Positions 46,312 through 55,891 of a DNA stretch of 64,000 nucleotides are shown piece by piece. Both the position numbers and the translations under genes were made by a program. The DNA comes from a virus: positions 28,053-92,052 of the IMG/VR virus record IMGVR_UViG_3300027833_001310, one strand, 5' to 3'. Every line of letters begins with the position of its first letter. Within the stretch, counting starts at the first letter, position 1. The notes below the pieces were generated by a model. The model had not been told where the DNA came from. It made no database searches and saw only the letters and a program-made list of their open reading frames with translations.

Positions 46312-47022
46312 TTAAATTCCTGCCGCTCGGCAAGTTTGTTGTATCTCTTTTACTTCTTCTCTATTTTTCTTAAACAGTTGCATCCAAAAAGGTGCATCAA
46401 TTATATGTTCAATCATTGTTACTTGCTCGTCATTAAATCTAGTTAGCAATTGGTCGCCCGTGTTAGACAAGTATAATAACCATGGTGATATCTTTGCACT
46501 TCGAATATCATACACTGCTCTATTAGGACTTACTTCTGTAAAGTATGTTTGCCATACTAAATTATTTTCATCTGCCCATTTAGAGAGATACATTATGTTT
46601 CTTTCTAATGCCCTCATACCACTTTCTTTCTTTACATACTCTAACAAGTATTCATCATACAGAGCATCACTTGCCCAGTCCTTTAACTTTTTGCTATTCT
46701 TAATTAACCATTCGGCAAACTTTTCTGGTTCTAAATATTCATTGCGTACACAACTCCGACCAAACTTAACAAAGCCTTCATAGTATTGACTGTTAATAAA
46801 ATCATCCATGCTTTTAGCTTTACTTGCACTGGTATTCATTTCATAAAACATTTGATATACTCGATAGCCGAGCCTTACGTGAGTTATGTCTTTGTCTGCG
46901 TTTCGACGTTTTTTAACACACATATGGACACTTAGAGTTCGTTCACTCTTAAAGTTTTTACCACACCATCGACAAGTATTATTTTCCGAAGATGTCTTTA
47001 ATTGTTTTGTCGTCGTATCCAT
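46312..47022 (-). CDS. C2H2/C2HC zinc-finger protein
   Basis: CRWC...HMC; start uncertain. Confidence 0.7.
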   Translation of the reverse strand: MDTTTKQLKTSSENNTCRWCGKNFKSERTLSVHMCVKKRRNADKDITHVRLGYRVYQMFYEMNTSASKAKSMDDFINSQYYEGFVKFGRSCVRNEYLEPEKFAEWLIKNSKKLKDWASDALYDEYLLEYVKKESGMRALERNIMYLSKWADENNLVWQTYFTEVSPNRAVYDIRSAKISPWLLYLSNTGDQLLTRFNDEQVTMIEHIIDAPFWMQLFKKNREEVKEIQQTCRAAGI

Positions 47023-47449
47023 GGGACCTTGCATATTCTTTTAGTTCGTCTTTAGAGTTTAGTTCTTGTAGTAACGTAACCTCTTCGCTTTTCATGTGAG
47101 GATGTATACTGTATAGGAACTCGCTCACTTTATCTTTTTTCTTCTTAGCATTTGGTGGTTTCAAATAAGGATGAAACTGTATCTTACCTACACCACATGC
47201 ACTAAGTAATAACCATTGCAGTTCTGGGTGTTTACTGACTTCGCTGTAATCTCTATTTACTAGCTCGTTAGTCATGTAAATATAATGTGCGGCATCCTTG
47301 CCTTGTACACTACTTGCATAACGCATCATCATCCATGAGCTAAATGCTTTCTTTTGTTCAGACGTTAACCTATTATAATATCCTCTGTCACGTTTGTCAA
47401 GTGCGGCCATAATATCCTTTAGCGGTATTGCTGGTGCCTTCTTAGCCAT
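46979..47449 (-). CDS. putative clamp-loader small subunit (gp62-like)
   Basis: WMMMRYASS, NELVN, KHPELQWLLL pattern. Confidence 0.55.
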   Translation of the reverse strand: MAKKAPAIPLKDIMAALDKRDRGYYNRLTSEQKKAFSSWMMMRYASSVQGKDAAHYIYMTNELVNRDYSEVSKHPELQWLLLSACGVGKIQFHPYLKPPNAKKKKDKVSEFLYSIHPHMKSEEVTLLQELNSKDELKEYARSHGYDDKTIKDIFGK

Positions 47450-47972
47450 CTGTGTGTTCCTTGTATATTTTTATGTAGTGTTCTTCGCCTTTAGCAACAT
47501 TCTCTAACCATGTAGTATCTGCAGAATCATCTGCACTGTCGCTAACATACTTATAACATTTGAAGTTAACCTTCCTGTTATTACAGGCTTTTGCAATTGC
47601 AAATGCTTCCATGTCTACGACATGAGCTGGGTACTCTAAGTTAGGATCAGTAACAAAGTTGTCGCCTGTGCTACAAGTATATCCAACTCCAAATGAAATT
47701 GTGATAGGGTCTTTTGGTAAAAATAATTCAATTGCTTCAGGGCATTTTCCTTTATCACGTTCAACAAAGTTTACCATTTCATTGCAACCGTTATCTAACT
47801 TAATGCCGCCTGCTGTACCAAAATTCCATACAGTTTGTGGATTATGTTTTTCAATAAGTCTTGCCGCTGTTAGTGCCGCATTAATTTTACCAACACCTGT
47901 AAAGAAAACATTATCCCATTTAGCCATTGTAGGTGCTTCACTTTCTAGTGCAATTAATATTAAATCTTTCAT
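47442..47972 (-). CDS. MTA/SAH nucleosidase-like (PNP/UDP fold)
   Basis: ALESE, GVGKINAA, NFGTAGG, STGDNF, DMEA, KYVSD. Confidence 0.85.
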   Translation of the reverse strand: MKDLILIALESEAPTMAKWDNVFFTGVGKINAALTAARLIEKHNPQTVWNFGTAGGIKLDNGCNEMVNFVERDKGKCPEAIELFLPKDPITISFGVGYTCSTGDNFVTDPNLEYPAHVVDMEAFAIAKACNNRKVNFKCYKYVSDSADDSADTTWLENVAKGEEHYIKIYKEHTDG

Positions 47973-48499
47973 TCGTTTACTTCCAAGACGCTAAATGTTT
48001 CCACTCCGCAATAGTCTGTTAGTTTAGCAGTTCCTTGCAAGAAAGTCAAGTCTATTATACAGGCATAATTTATATCATATCCACCTGCTTGTTTAATTAA
48101 GTCTACTATAGCATTAGCAGTTCCACCTGTGGCACTTACATCGTCTATGATGCAAATTCTATCAGTGTATGCAAACTCAACACTGTCTAGCATTTCAAGT
48201 GTCTCGCTACCGTACTCTAATGTGTATGAAAACGACTTTACTTTGCCTGGTAATTTACCTGGCTTACGAACAATGTGCAAAGGAATACCTAATGCTAGTG
48301 CAACAGGTGCTCCCCATATAAATCCTCTGGCATCTGGTGCAACAATTTGTGTTGTTTTAATACTTCTGCAATACGCAACCATCTTATCCACAGTGTACTT
48401 AAACGCTTTAGGATCTTCAAGTATGCTTGATATATCTTTAAACATGACTCCCTCAATTGGGAAGTCAGGTACAGTACGGAGTATTTTATTTAGGTCCAT
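47969..48499 (-). CDS. apt: adenine phosphoribosyltransferase
   Basis: PDFPIEGVMFKDI, ARGF, RKPGKLPG, LEYG, IDDVSATGGT. Confidence 0.95.
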   Translation of the reverse strand: MDLNKILRTVPDFPIEGVMFKDISSILEDPKAFKYTVDKMVAYCRSIKTTQIVAPDARGFIWGAPVALALGIPLHIVRKPGKLPGKVKSFSYTLEYGSETLEMLDSVEFAYTDRICIIDDVSATGGTANAIVDLIKQAGGYDINYACIIDLTFLQGTAKLTDYCGVETFSVLEVNE

Positions 48500-49589
48500 A
48501 AAGATCTAGTTGCTCCCATGGTAGATCTGGTTTGCCAAAGTGTCCGTAGTTTGTTGTTTTTGTCAAGTCTAAATTAAATAAATCAAACTTGTCTATAATA
48601 CCCTTAGGTGTTAAATCAACATGTTGCTTTAGCTCTTCTGCTAAGTCTTCTCTAACTTTGCCGTCTGCATAAACATACACACTAGTTGGTTCAACAACAC
48701 CGATAGCATAACTTAGTTGTACGGTGCAGTTTTCTGCTTTGCCTGATGCTACAATGTTCTTTGCCAAATAGCGAGCCATATATGCTGCTGATCTGTCGAC
48801 TTTAGTGCAGTCTTTACCTGAAAAAGCACCGCCGCCATGTGGAGCGTACCCGCCATAAGTATCAACAATAATTTTTCGTCCAGTAAGTCCAGTATCTCCA
48901 TCCGGTCCTCCAATTACAAATCTGCCTGTAGGATTGATTAAAAACTCTGTGTTTTTTAGATCTACATCGCTTAATTCTTCTGTTATAATTTGTTCAACTC
49001 TATCACGCACCATTTGTGTGCTTACATCATCACTGTGTTGAGTACTACATACAATAGTATTAATACCAACTGGCTTTCCAACTGCATCGTATTGCATTGT
49101 TACTTGACTTTTACTATCAGGCCCAATCCACTCTTCACCGTTTCGTCTTTCTGCCGCTAGTCTTTTTAGAATCTTATGACTGTAATAAATTGCACTAGGC
49201 ATTAAGTCTGGTGTTTCGTTACAAGCATAACCAAACATAAGTCCTTGGTCACCTGCACCAAAATCATCTGTGCCTAAAGCAATATCTGCACTTTGACCAT
49301 GTAGTTTGTTTACAACTGTTAGGTTAGCCCAATGAAATCCTTCTTGTTCATATCCAATATTCTTAACTACTTGCCTAACGATTGAATCAATTGTGTCGTC
49401 ATCTATTGGAATATCTCTTTTGTATTCGCCTGCTACGATAACGCTATTAGTAGTTACTAGAGTTTCTACTGCCGCTCTGTGATTGATATTACCGTTAATG
49501 ATTGCATTAGCGATAGTATCTGAAATCAAGTCAGATATTTTATCTGGGTGTCCTTCGCTAACGCTTTCGCTAGTAAATTGATAAGACAT
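48486..49589 (-). CDS. metK: S-adenosylmethionine synthetase
   Basis: FTSESVSEGHPDK, GAGDQG, GGGAFSGKD, YGHFG. Confidence 0.97.
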   Translation of the reverse strand: MSYQFTSESVSEGHPDKISDLISDTIANAIINGNINHRAAVETLVTTNSVIVAGEYKRDIPIDDDTIDSIVRQVVKNIGYEQEGFHWANLTVVNKLHGQSADIALGTDDFGAGDQGLMFGYACNETPDLMPSAIYYSHKILKRLAAERRNGEEWIGPDSKSQVTMQYDAVGKPVGINTIVCSTQHSDDVSTQMVRDRVEQIITEELSDVDLKNTEFLINPTGRFVIGGPDGDTGLTGRKIIVDTYGGYAPHGGGAFSGKDCTKVDRSAAYMARYLAKNIVASGKAENCTVQLSYAIGVVEPTSVYVYADGKVREDLAEELKQHVDLTPKGIIDKFDLFNLDLTKTTNYGHFGKPDLPWEQLDLYGPK

Positions 49590-49614
49590 ATATTCTATCT
49601 CCTGTTATTTGTGT

Positions 49615-49652
49615 ACAGTGTATTTACAGTTTATTTTTACTGAGTACACTGT
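49615..49652 (-). promoter_or_regulatory. inverted repeat containing late-type TGTAAATA upstream of metK
   Basis: ACAGTGTA/TACACTGT with inner CAGT/ACTG. Confidence 0.4.
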
Positions 49653-49659
49653 TTACTGG

Positions 49660-50457
49660 TTACTCTCTATCTTCGTAAAAACCTTCAAATGCTTCCTTTA
49701 CATTCTCAGTTTCTTCCATGTCGTAAGTGACATATTTTTCTGCCACATCATGCCACTTAGTGTTAACATAACCAACACTTGCATAATATCCTTTACCCAT
49801 TGAGTCTGAGTAATCAAAGTCAACTTGTAGAGCTTTACGGTCGTACCAATATGTTTCAATAAACTCGCCCATATCACATTCAAGTTGTCCTGTTTGAAGT
49901 AACTCTGGGTCAAAATCTTCGCCATTAGTTTCAACATACACTTCACCAAATGCACCTTTTTCTGAACTTAAGAAAAACAATGTTGGTTTATAGTCAGCTT
50001 TAACTGCATCTTCGTCCATGCTACTGCTATAACATTCTCTACTGTAAATACATGCTTCGTATGAAAAGTATTCGCCTTCGTCTATTTCTTCAAACATCAT
50101 TGTACTGTAGTCGTGGTCAACATCTTCCTTCCACTGTATTAAACCATCTTCGTAAATAGCATCCTCATGTAATGTAATTTCATTAACAAGGAAATCACTA
50201 TCTGCAAATGGACCATTTGCATGTTCTAGGTCATCGTTTTCATTCCAACAGTAAAAGTCCTCACCTGGTACTGGAGAGTCTGGATCCATCATATCTTCGT
50301 CTTCCCACTCAATGCCTTGTAAATGTTCAATAAGATCGCTATCGCCATCTTCTTTAACTTTTGGCATCCAGTAGTCAACAAACTCTTTGCTAACTTCGCC
50401 AGCTGCTACCTCACCGCCATAACGACCGGTGTTAATTCTAAAATATCTTTTACTCAT
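49660..50457 (-). CDS. very acidic hypothetical protein
   Basis: GRYGGE, SSEKG; D/E-rich. Confidence 0.75.
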   Translation of the reverse strand: MSKRYFRINTGRYGGEVAAGEVSKEFVDYWMPKVKEDGDSDLIEHLQGIEWEDEDMMDPDSPVPGEDFYCWNENDDLEHANGPFADSDFLVNEITLHEDAIYEDGLIQWKEDVDHDYSTMMFEEIDEGEYFSYEACIYSRECYSSSMDEDAVKADYKPTLFFLSSEKGAFGEVYVETNGEDFDPELLQTGQLECDMGEFIETYWYDRKALQVDFDYSDSMGKGYYASVGYVNTKWHDVAEKYVTYDMEETENVKEAFEGFYEDRE

Positions 50458-50951
50458 AATAGTTCTCCAAAATCTATATCTTTAATTTTGTTTGCTTCTT
50501 TAACAAACATTGCACATTTAGGTTCCTCTTTATCTTCCAGAGGAATTACCAATATATGTCCGTTTTTAAGTCTTGGGAAATACCATTTGACATCTTGGTA
50601 TACGTTGGTAATCTGTATTTCTTCAGTGTCCGGAATGCCGTTACGCATTGGATTAAACACTGGTGTAACAAAGCCTCTATTGTTTAGACTTGCTAGTGGG
50701 ATAACTTCTAAACTACCAAATGATTCATCAGTAGTTAAGATGCTCCAATCCATAGGCATCTGTAATTGAAACTCGCCTATTTGTAAACATATTGCTGGAG
50801 CATGAAAGCTCTCTAAAAAGATAAGGGGTAAGAAAAAGTAGTCTTTGTATTCAGGGTCACTGGTATCAAAAACGCAATAACGCAAATCATCAATTTCATC
50901 CGGTACTGTATCTAATTCGTAAACTTTATTCTCAACTGTTAATATTTTCAT
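50454..50951 (-). CDS. hypothetical protein coupled to UvsW
   Basis: ATGA overlaps on both sides. Confidence 0.75.
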   Translation of the reverse strand: MKILTVENKVYELDTVPDEIDDLRYCVFDTSDPEYKDYFFLPLIFLESFHAPAICLQIGEFQLQMPMDWSILTTDESFGSLEVIPLASLNNRGFVTPVFNPMRNGIPDTEEIQITNVYQDVKWYFPRLKNGHILVIPLEDKEEPKCAMFVKEANKIKDIDFGELL

Positions 50952-52405
50952 TTGTATTCTACCTTGGTTACATTGTACCTAAATTTTTGTTCTGCGTAAA
51001 ACTGCTTTCTTTTTGTTAAGTGTCTCTTACTATACTTTAGATTACTCGTTAAGTCAATCACTTTCAGATAATCTTTATCTTCTGCTTTACGAATTCCTCT
51101 TCCGATGCTTTGTATTACCCTTACAAAACTTTTACCTGGCTCTAAAAGAACTAAGTTAAAAATTCTGGGTATGTTAATACCTACCGATGCTACACCATAT
51201 GTAGCAACAATTACCTTGTTATCCATTTCTGAAACTTCTGCATATTCTTCTTGTCTGTCAGTGGTCTTCATCTTACCACTAACAAATGCCCAGTCCTCAT
51301 TTCTTTCTGCTAACATTTCACCTGTTGCAATACGGTCAATCAATACTAGTGTATTGCCGTTTACTGCAAGTCCGTTAATGATAGAACTAATTTGATCTAT
51401 GCGTTGTGGGTCTGTTACAAGCCATTTTAGTTCTTGTGCATATCCTTGGAAGCCTAATGTGCCGTCTTGTAATTGAAATATATCTATGTCTAGGTCTGCT
51501 AGTACACCCATGTCTTGTAATTCTTTACTGCTTAGTTCGCTTACAACAGGTCCTAGACAGCATGTACATGCTACTGCTTCGTGTTCGTCTTTGGGTATAG
51601 TTCCTGTTAGTCCCCAACGTACAGGTACGTTAGAGAACACACTGCTTAGAAGGTCTCTAAGTACGTCTGCTTTTGCTTTGTGTACTTCGTCTACCATTAC
51701 ACATACTACACCATCTAAGAACTGTTCAATGTCAATAGGTGCTTCACCTTTCTTTGACTTCTTAGATAGCATGGATAAACTTTGCCAAGTACAAATAGTA
51801 TGGGTCTTAGTATACTCTTTTCTATCTCCAAACAGTACACCGCAGTCTAACCCTAAATTCTTGTAATCTCTTTCTGTCTGCACTACCAAGTCTTTGTTTG
51901 GTACGATTACGATTGTGCGTCCATACTTCTCACACTTGTGACTTAGTACGGCTGTAATAAGTGTCTTACCTGCTCCTGTTGCTACTTGTTGTAAGCATTG
52001 TGGATTCTGTAAGAACTTATTAATAACTGTTACTTGATAATCACGCAATATAACTGGCATGCCTTCTGCTGGATGTCCTTTAGGCCATGCTGTCTGGTCG
52101 TAATCAGTTTCGGTTACATTATCAAATGATAATTGAATAGGTTGCCTTTGATCGTCTACTACTACTTCATAACCAGCTTCGGTTACTAGTGGCAATAAAC
52201 GATCAAGCAAATTTAGATACGTTCTTCCGCCGACATCACAGAATCTTACACAGCCATCCCAACGGCCTAACTTGTAGGCTGGCATATGAAATGCATAGGG
52301 TAAAAAATACTTGGCTGCTTCTGAGATCTTTCTGCGAGTCTTTACGTCAAGTCCTACGAACTTAACGTTTACTTCATCTCTTATTTCTAAAGTTACTTTA
52401 GGCAT
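50948..52405 (-). CDS. uvsW: SF2 helicase (UvsW-like)
   Basis: ATGAGKT, DEVH, GLTGT, QSIGRGIR. Confidence 0.9.
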   Translation of the reverse strand: MPKVTLEIRDEVNVKFVGLDVKTRRKISEAAKYFLPYAFHMPAYKLGRWDGCVRFCDVGGRTYLNLLDRLLPLVTEAGYEVVVDDQRQPIQLSFDNVTETDYDQTAWPKGHPAEGMPVILRDYQVTVINKFLQNPQCLQQVATGAGKTLITAVLSHKCEKYGRTIVIVPNKDLVVQTERDYKNLGLDCGVLFGDRKEYTKTHTICTWQSLSMLSKKSKKGEAPIDIEQFLDGVVCVMVDEVHKAKADVLRDLLSSVFSNVPVRWGLTGTIPKDEHEAVACTCCLGPVVSELSSKELQDMGVLADLDIDIFQLQDGTLGFQGYAQELKWLVTDPQRIDQISSIINGLAVNGNTLVLIDRIATGEMLAERNEDWAFVSGKMKTTDRQEEYAEVSEMDNKVIVATYGVASVGINIPRIFNLVLLEPGKSFVRVIQSIGRGIRKAEDKDYLKVIDLTSNLKYSKRHLTKRKQFYAEQKFRYNVTKVEYK

Positions 52406-52410
52406 ACGCT

Positions 52411-52439
52411 ATTATAGTCTACTTGTAAGTTAATGTCAA
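52411..52439 (-). promoter_or_regulatory. sigma70-type promoter
   Basis: TTGACA-17-TATAAT, 5 nt from the ATG. Confidence 0.8.
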
Positions 52440-53996
52440 GAAGAACTTACGTCCTCCTGCGTCATATCCTGGTAATACTTCGACAACATTATCTAGTACA
52501 TCCTGTACTGTAAATGCTAATCCAAGTTTATCAGATAGTTGCTTTCTCATTACAAAGTCAATTGACTTAATGTCATCTAACGATGTCCCATCATACGGTC
52601 CAGGGTCTCTGTCAAACTGTGCTGTATAACTTAGTTCAGCAGATGTTTCACCGAAACTAGCAAAGTACGAAATTCGACCTTTGTACTTAGGTACCCTAGG
52701 TTGATCAGTATCTGTATATCCAGCCATCACACTTAAACTACCATATGGTACAGCATACATATCCATGTATCTAATACCTCTAGTTTCATATTCGCCTGTG
52801 TTAACATACTGTCTAGAACTTCCGTCATAGTCAATGTTTTCTTCAAAATCATATGCAAAGTATGAAAGACCTAAGTAACCAATTTCAAAACCTAATCCTT
52901 CTTCAGGATCTAAGCCTAGATTTGGTTGCACCCAGGAGTCGCCATATTGTTGATACAGTGTAGGGTTACGATAACTTGTACTAATGTTAGCAAAGAAACC
53001 TTTATTGTTATCGAATCCGAGTCTATAAACTCTTGCATCTGCACTTACTCGAGTACCAAACTGCAACTGGTTGTTATATGTAATAACAGCATAGCCACTA
53101 ACATCATCCTGTGACTCACCAATGTAGTTCTCTTTATCGTATGTAATACCTGAAACAATAGTTGTTACAGGATTAAGATTAAAAGTGTCTCTGGCATCAA
53201 AGTAATAACGATCTGCATCGCTCGAGTATGTGCTTACATCTTCGGTAAAGTATTCACTTTCGGTCTTGTTATAGCCAATTGTTATGTGGTCGTTCCTTAC
53301 ACTAATGTCAGTCTTTGTACCGTCTTGTACGCAATCATTCGACTGTGAAAAAGATGCTGTATAACAATTATCATAATCGTATTCATAATCTACATGTGAC
53401 ATTGCCACAGTAAATCCTAATACATCTCTAACTGATTTGATAGTAGTGTTTTTATAATCATCTTCTTCAGTGTTATCGTTACGAACACTTCCGTTACTTA
53501 CATCAAAACTAGAAATACTAATAGAGTCAAACAATGCTACATTTAGTAACTGATGGTCCTCTCCTAATCTTACTACTCCTTGATTTTCAATAGTGTCGTT
53601 GATAAACACTGTTCCGCCTAGGCTACCAGAGCCATAAAGAACACTGTTAGGTCCAGAAACAATGTTAACTGTTTCTAATCCGCTTACAACATCATGTGCA
53701 AAGTCATACCAACCGGAGCCGGAATCATTTGCAGGCACACCATTCCTATACACAGTAGTGTGTGTAGTTTGAGTACCACGTTCATTAAAGCCAGCAAAGC
53801 CTCCGTATCCACCAGCAGTGAATGACATAGCCGGCATAACAATTTCAATTATTGCCATATCGTCTGATACATCCGTGGTGTCTACTTGACTTACTGATCC
53901 AACAACTACAATCTCTTCAATGAGATTAGAGTCTTCTGCTAATACTAAGTTACTTGTTGTTCCAAGTAAAAGAAGCAGTGTTACTAGGTTTTTCAT
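52419..53996 (-). CDS. compact TonB-dependent receptor (BtuB-like)
   Basis: Signal peptide, TonB box EEIVVVG, plug GPNSVLYGSGSLGG, YRNPTLYQ, LDPEEG, PGY...GRKF. Confidence 0.85.
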   Translation of the reverse strand: MKNLVTLLLLLGTTSNLVLAEDSNLIEEIVVVGSVSQVDTTDVSDDMAIIEIVMPAMSFTAGGYGGFAGFNERGTQTTHTTVYRNGVPANDSGSGWYDFAHDVVSGLETVNIVSGPNSVLYGSGSLGGTVFINDTIENQGVVRLGEDHQLLNVALFDSISISSFDVSNGSVRNDNTEEDDYKNTTIKSVRDVLGFTVAMSHVDYEYDYDNCYTASFSQSNDCVQDGTKTDISVRNDHITIGYNKTESEYFTEDVSTYSSDADRYYFDARDTFNLNPVTTIVSGITYDKENYIGESQDDVSGYAVITYNNQLQFGTRVSADARVYRLGFDNNKGFFANISTSYRNPTLYQQYGDSWVQPNLGLDPEEGLGFEIGYLGLSYFAYDFEENIDYDGSSRQYVNTGEYETRGIRYMDMYAVPYGSLSVMAGYTDTDQPRVPKYKGRISYFASFGETSAELSYTAQFDRDPGPYDGTSLDDIKSIDFVMRKQLSDKLGLAFTVQDVLDNVVEVLPGYDAGGRKFFLTLTYK

Positions 53997-54021
53997 TATA
54001 TCTCCTTGTTTTATGTTAATG

Positions 54022-54054
54022 AAAAAGTACACTCCCCAAAATTAGGGAGTGTAC
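54022..54054 (-). terminator. intrinsic terminator directly upstream of the receptor gene
   Basis: GTACACTCCC/GGGAGTGTAC plus TTTTT. Confidence 0.8.
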
Positions 54055-54088
54055 CAGGGTGAAGCGCCTAGGCTACTGTGGGAGTATT

Positions 54089-55120
54089 TTAAAATCCCAA
54101 ACGCTTCATACAAGTGCTCTCGGCCAATCCTTTCCAGGTGTCCGGAGACATTTGTTTTAAGTCAGCTATTTTAAGTACCATTCTTAATGATATCTCTCTA
54201 AGCCTACTTGACTTTTCATGCATAAAGTCTACGACTTCTGCATTGCCTTCTTCGCCAAACTTGTAGTCGTCTAACATACCGTCTCCAACAATCTGATGGA
54301 TTCTAAGAAAACGATCGTTAACACTATCCATCTCCAAGTCCATGTAGTGACATCTTGACATAAGTGCCGCTAAGTGGTCTTGAATCTTCTTGCTACGAAC
54401 ATTTTCAAAGTTAACGTTAGTAATAAAAATTACACCACCTGAGAACTCAAACCTATCTGGAATGCCTTCTCTTCGTAATGCAACTGATTCTGACTTCCAA
54501 CTAATTGTACGCTTCTTACCTGAGTCTAGTACTGCCTTCAACATGTTCAAGCATACTTCATCAAACAAGATACTGTCACAGTCATCAAACACAAGGATAT
54601 CACCTTTTGCTGAATTGTTAAACAGTGTCTGGTACAGACCAATTGGGGTCATTGAACCTTTTACTACTTCTGTTCTCGGTGGACGACCAGCGAGTTTAGT
54701 TTCTGCATCATACATATCGATGATACTTTCAACACCAAATGACTTACCAACTCCTGGAGGGCCACTTACTATAAGACCTCTAACAACACCGTTTGCTACA
54801 GCATCTGTCATTTGGTCTAGAATAGCAAAACGCTCTCTAATTCTAGTCATTGCCTGCTCGTCAGTTTCTTTAGGCTTAGCCTTAGTCTCTGGTGCAGTTT
54901 CAACAAGTTTCTCGCCTTCAGCGTCTGCTAAAGGTTCAACACTTGCTAGTGTTGGTACTACAACACGAATTGAAGTACGCTCTGATCCTAATAATGCTGA
55001 TGCATCTACAGTCACAAAGTATCCTTTCTTTCCTTGTTGAGTTGGTTTAACCAAAGGAAAGACTCCTTCGATTGGTTGGTTACGGTATACGCCGTTTTCT
55101 ATCTTTACAAAGTTACTCAT
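54089..55120 (-). CDS. AAA+ ATPase
   Basis: GPPGVGKS, VFDDCD, FITN, SRC; SD GGAGG before MSNFV. Confidence 0.85.
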   Translation of the reverse strand: MSNFVKIENGVYRNQPIEGVFPLVKPTQQGKKGYFVTVDASALLGSERTSIRVVVPTLASVEPLADAEGEKLVETAPETKAKPKETDEQAMTRIRERFAILDQMTDAVANGVVRGLIVSGPPGVGKSFGVESIIDMYDAETKLAGRPPRTEVVKGSMTPIGLYQTLFNNSAKGDILVFDDCDSILFDEVCLNMLKAVLDSGKKRTISWKSESVALRREGIPDRFEFSGGVIFITNVNFENVRSKKIQDHLAALMSRCHYMDLEMDSVNDRFLRIHQIVGDGMLDDYKFGEEGNAEVVDFMHEKSSRLREISLRMVLKIADLKQMSPDTWKGLAESTCMKRLGF

Positions 55121-55160
55121 ATCTAGCCCTCCCACAGGCATTAATTTAAACAATACAGTT

Positions 55161-55189
55161 ATTATACAGTACTAGCCAGCTCATGTCAA
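55161..55189 (-). promoter_or_regulatory. sigma70-type promoter
   Basis: TTGACA-17-TATAAT. Confidence 0.85.
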
Positions 55190-55335
55190 CCGATTAACCA
55201 GCTAAAGAACCCAAAAACTAAAACAAGACCAATAATATTACCTAACGCTTCGTCGCCATCTTCTGCCCTAAATGGCATAGTGATAAGCCTCCACAGTATA
55301 TATACTGGTATGAGTGCGGCGATAAATGTTAGCAT
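55186..55335 (-). CDS. 49-aa two-TM membrane protein
   Basis: Manual: MLTFIAALIPVYILWRLITMPFRAEDGDEALGNIIGLVLVFGFFSWLIG; SD AAGGA; own promoter. Confidence 0.7.
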   Translation of the reverse strand: MLTFIAALIPVYILWRLITMPFRAEDGDEALGNIIGLVLVFGFFSWLIG

Positions 55336-55366
55336 ATTGTTGTCCTTGTTTTTGCTTTATGTGTAT

Positions 55367-55395
55367 ATTATACAGTTAAAAGTGTGGGAAGTCAA
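55367..55395 (-). promoter_or_regulatory. sigma70-type promoter
   Basis: TTGACT-17-TATAAT. Confidence 0.8.
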
Positions 55396-55429
55396 GCGAA
55401 AATATCACAAATAAATCAATGACTTACGT

Positions 55430-55891
55430 CTAGTCTATTACAATATCTTCCATGCCTGCTGTTCGCAGTTTAGTAATATGCCCAATTTGCCATTGCTTAG
55501 TATCCAAGCCTTTCATAATGCCTAGATATCTATTACGCAATAAAGCGAATTGGTTACAAAGGTGGGAGAGATCTATAACAGATTGCTCACCGTCAACATA
55601 CTTTTCAGCATCTCTACTAGTAAGTTGTCTGTTATACGTCTCAAAGAACTTTCTAAATACACTACTACGTTCCTTTCGGAGTGCAATGTTCAAGTGTTCT
55701 AGAATTGCTTCAATCTCTTGAAGCTGATTAAAACGGTGTTCAGTGATACCGGGTAAGGAAGCACTAGCTTTTTCTAGGCTTCCTTTGATTCGGCATTCGT
55801 ACTTGGCACCGTCAAGTTCCTTTTCAAAGTGATCAATAGCGCCAACTATATCACCTAAGTTGGAAGTAACTTTGTTATACCAAGTACTCAT
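55430..55891 (-). CDS. uvsY: recombination mediator (UvsY-like)
   Basis: Coiled coil, DAEKYVDGE, WQIGHITKLR; near UvsX. Confidence 0.7.
   Translation of the reverse strand: MSTWYNKVTSNLGDIVGAIDHFEKELDGAKYECRIKGSLEKASASLPGITEHRFNQLQEIEAILEHLNIALRKERSSVFRKFFETYNRQLTSRDAEKYVDGEQSVIDLSHLCNQFALLRNRYLGIMKGLDTKQWQIGHITKLRTAGMEDIVID

Noticed and set aside
49590-49659. SAM riboswitch before metK
   Set aside because: AT-rich simple inverted repeat without recognisable SAM-I/II/V consensus
47442-54032. Host chromosomal contamination or prophage boundary
   Set aside because: Host-like genes overlap or abut phage core genes and share phage promoters; no integrase or att site seen
54022-54088. Canonical cobalamin riboswitch
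   Set aside because: Too short and no B12-box seen
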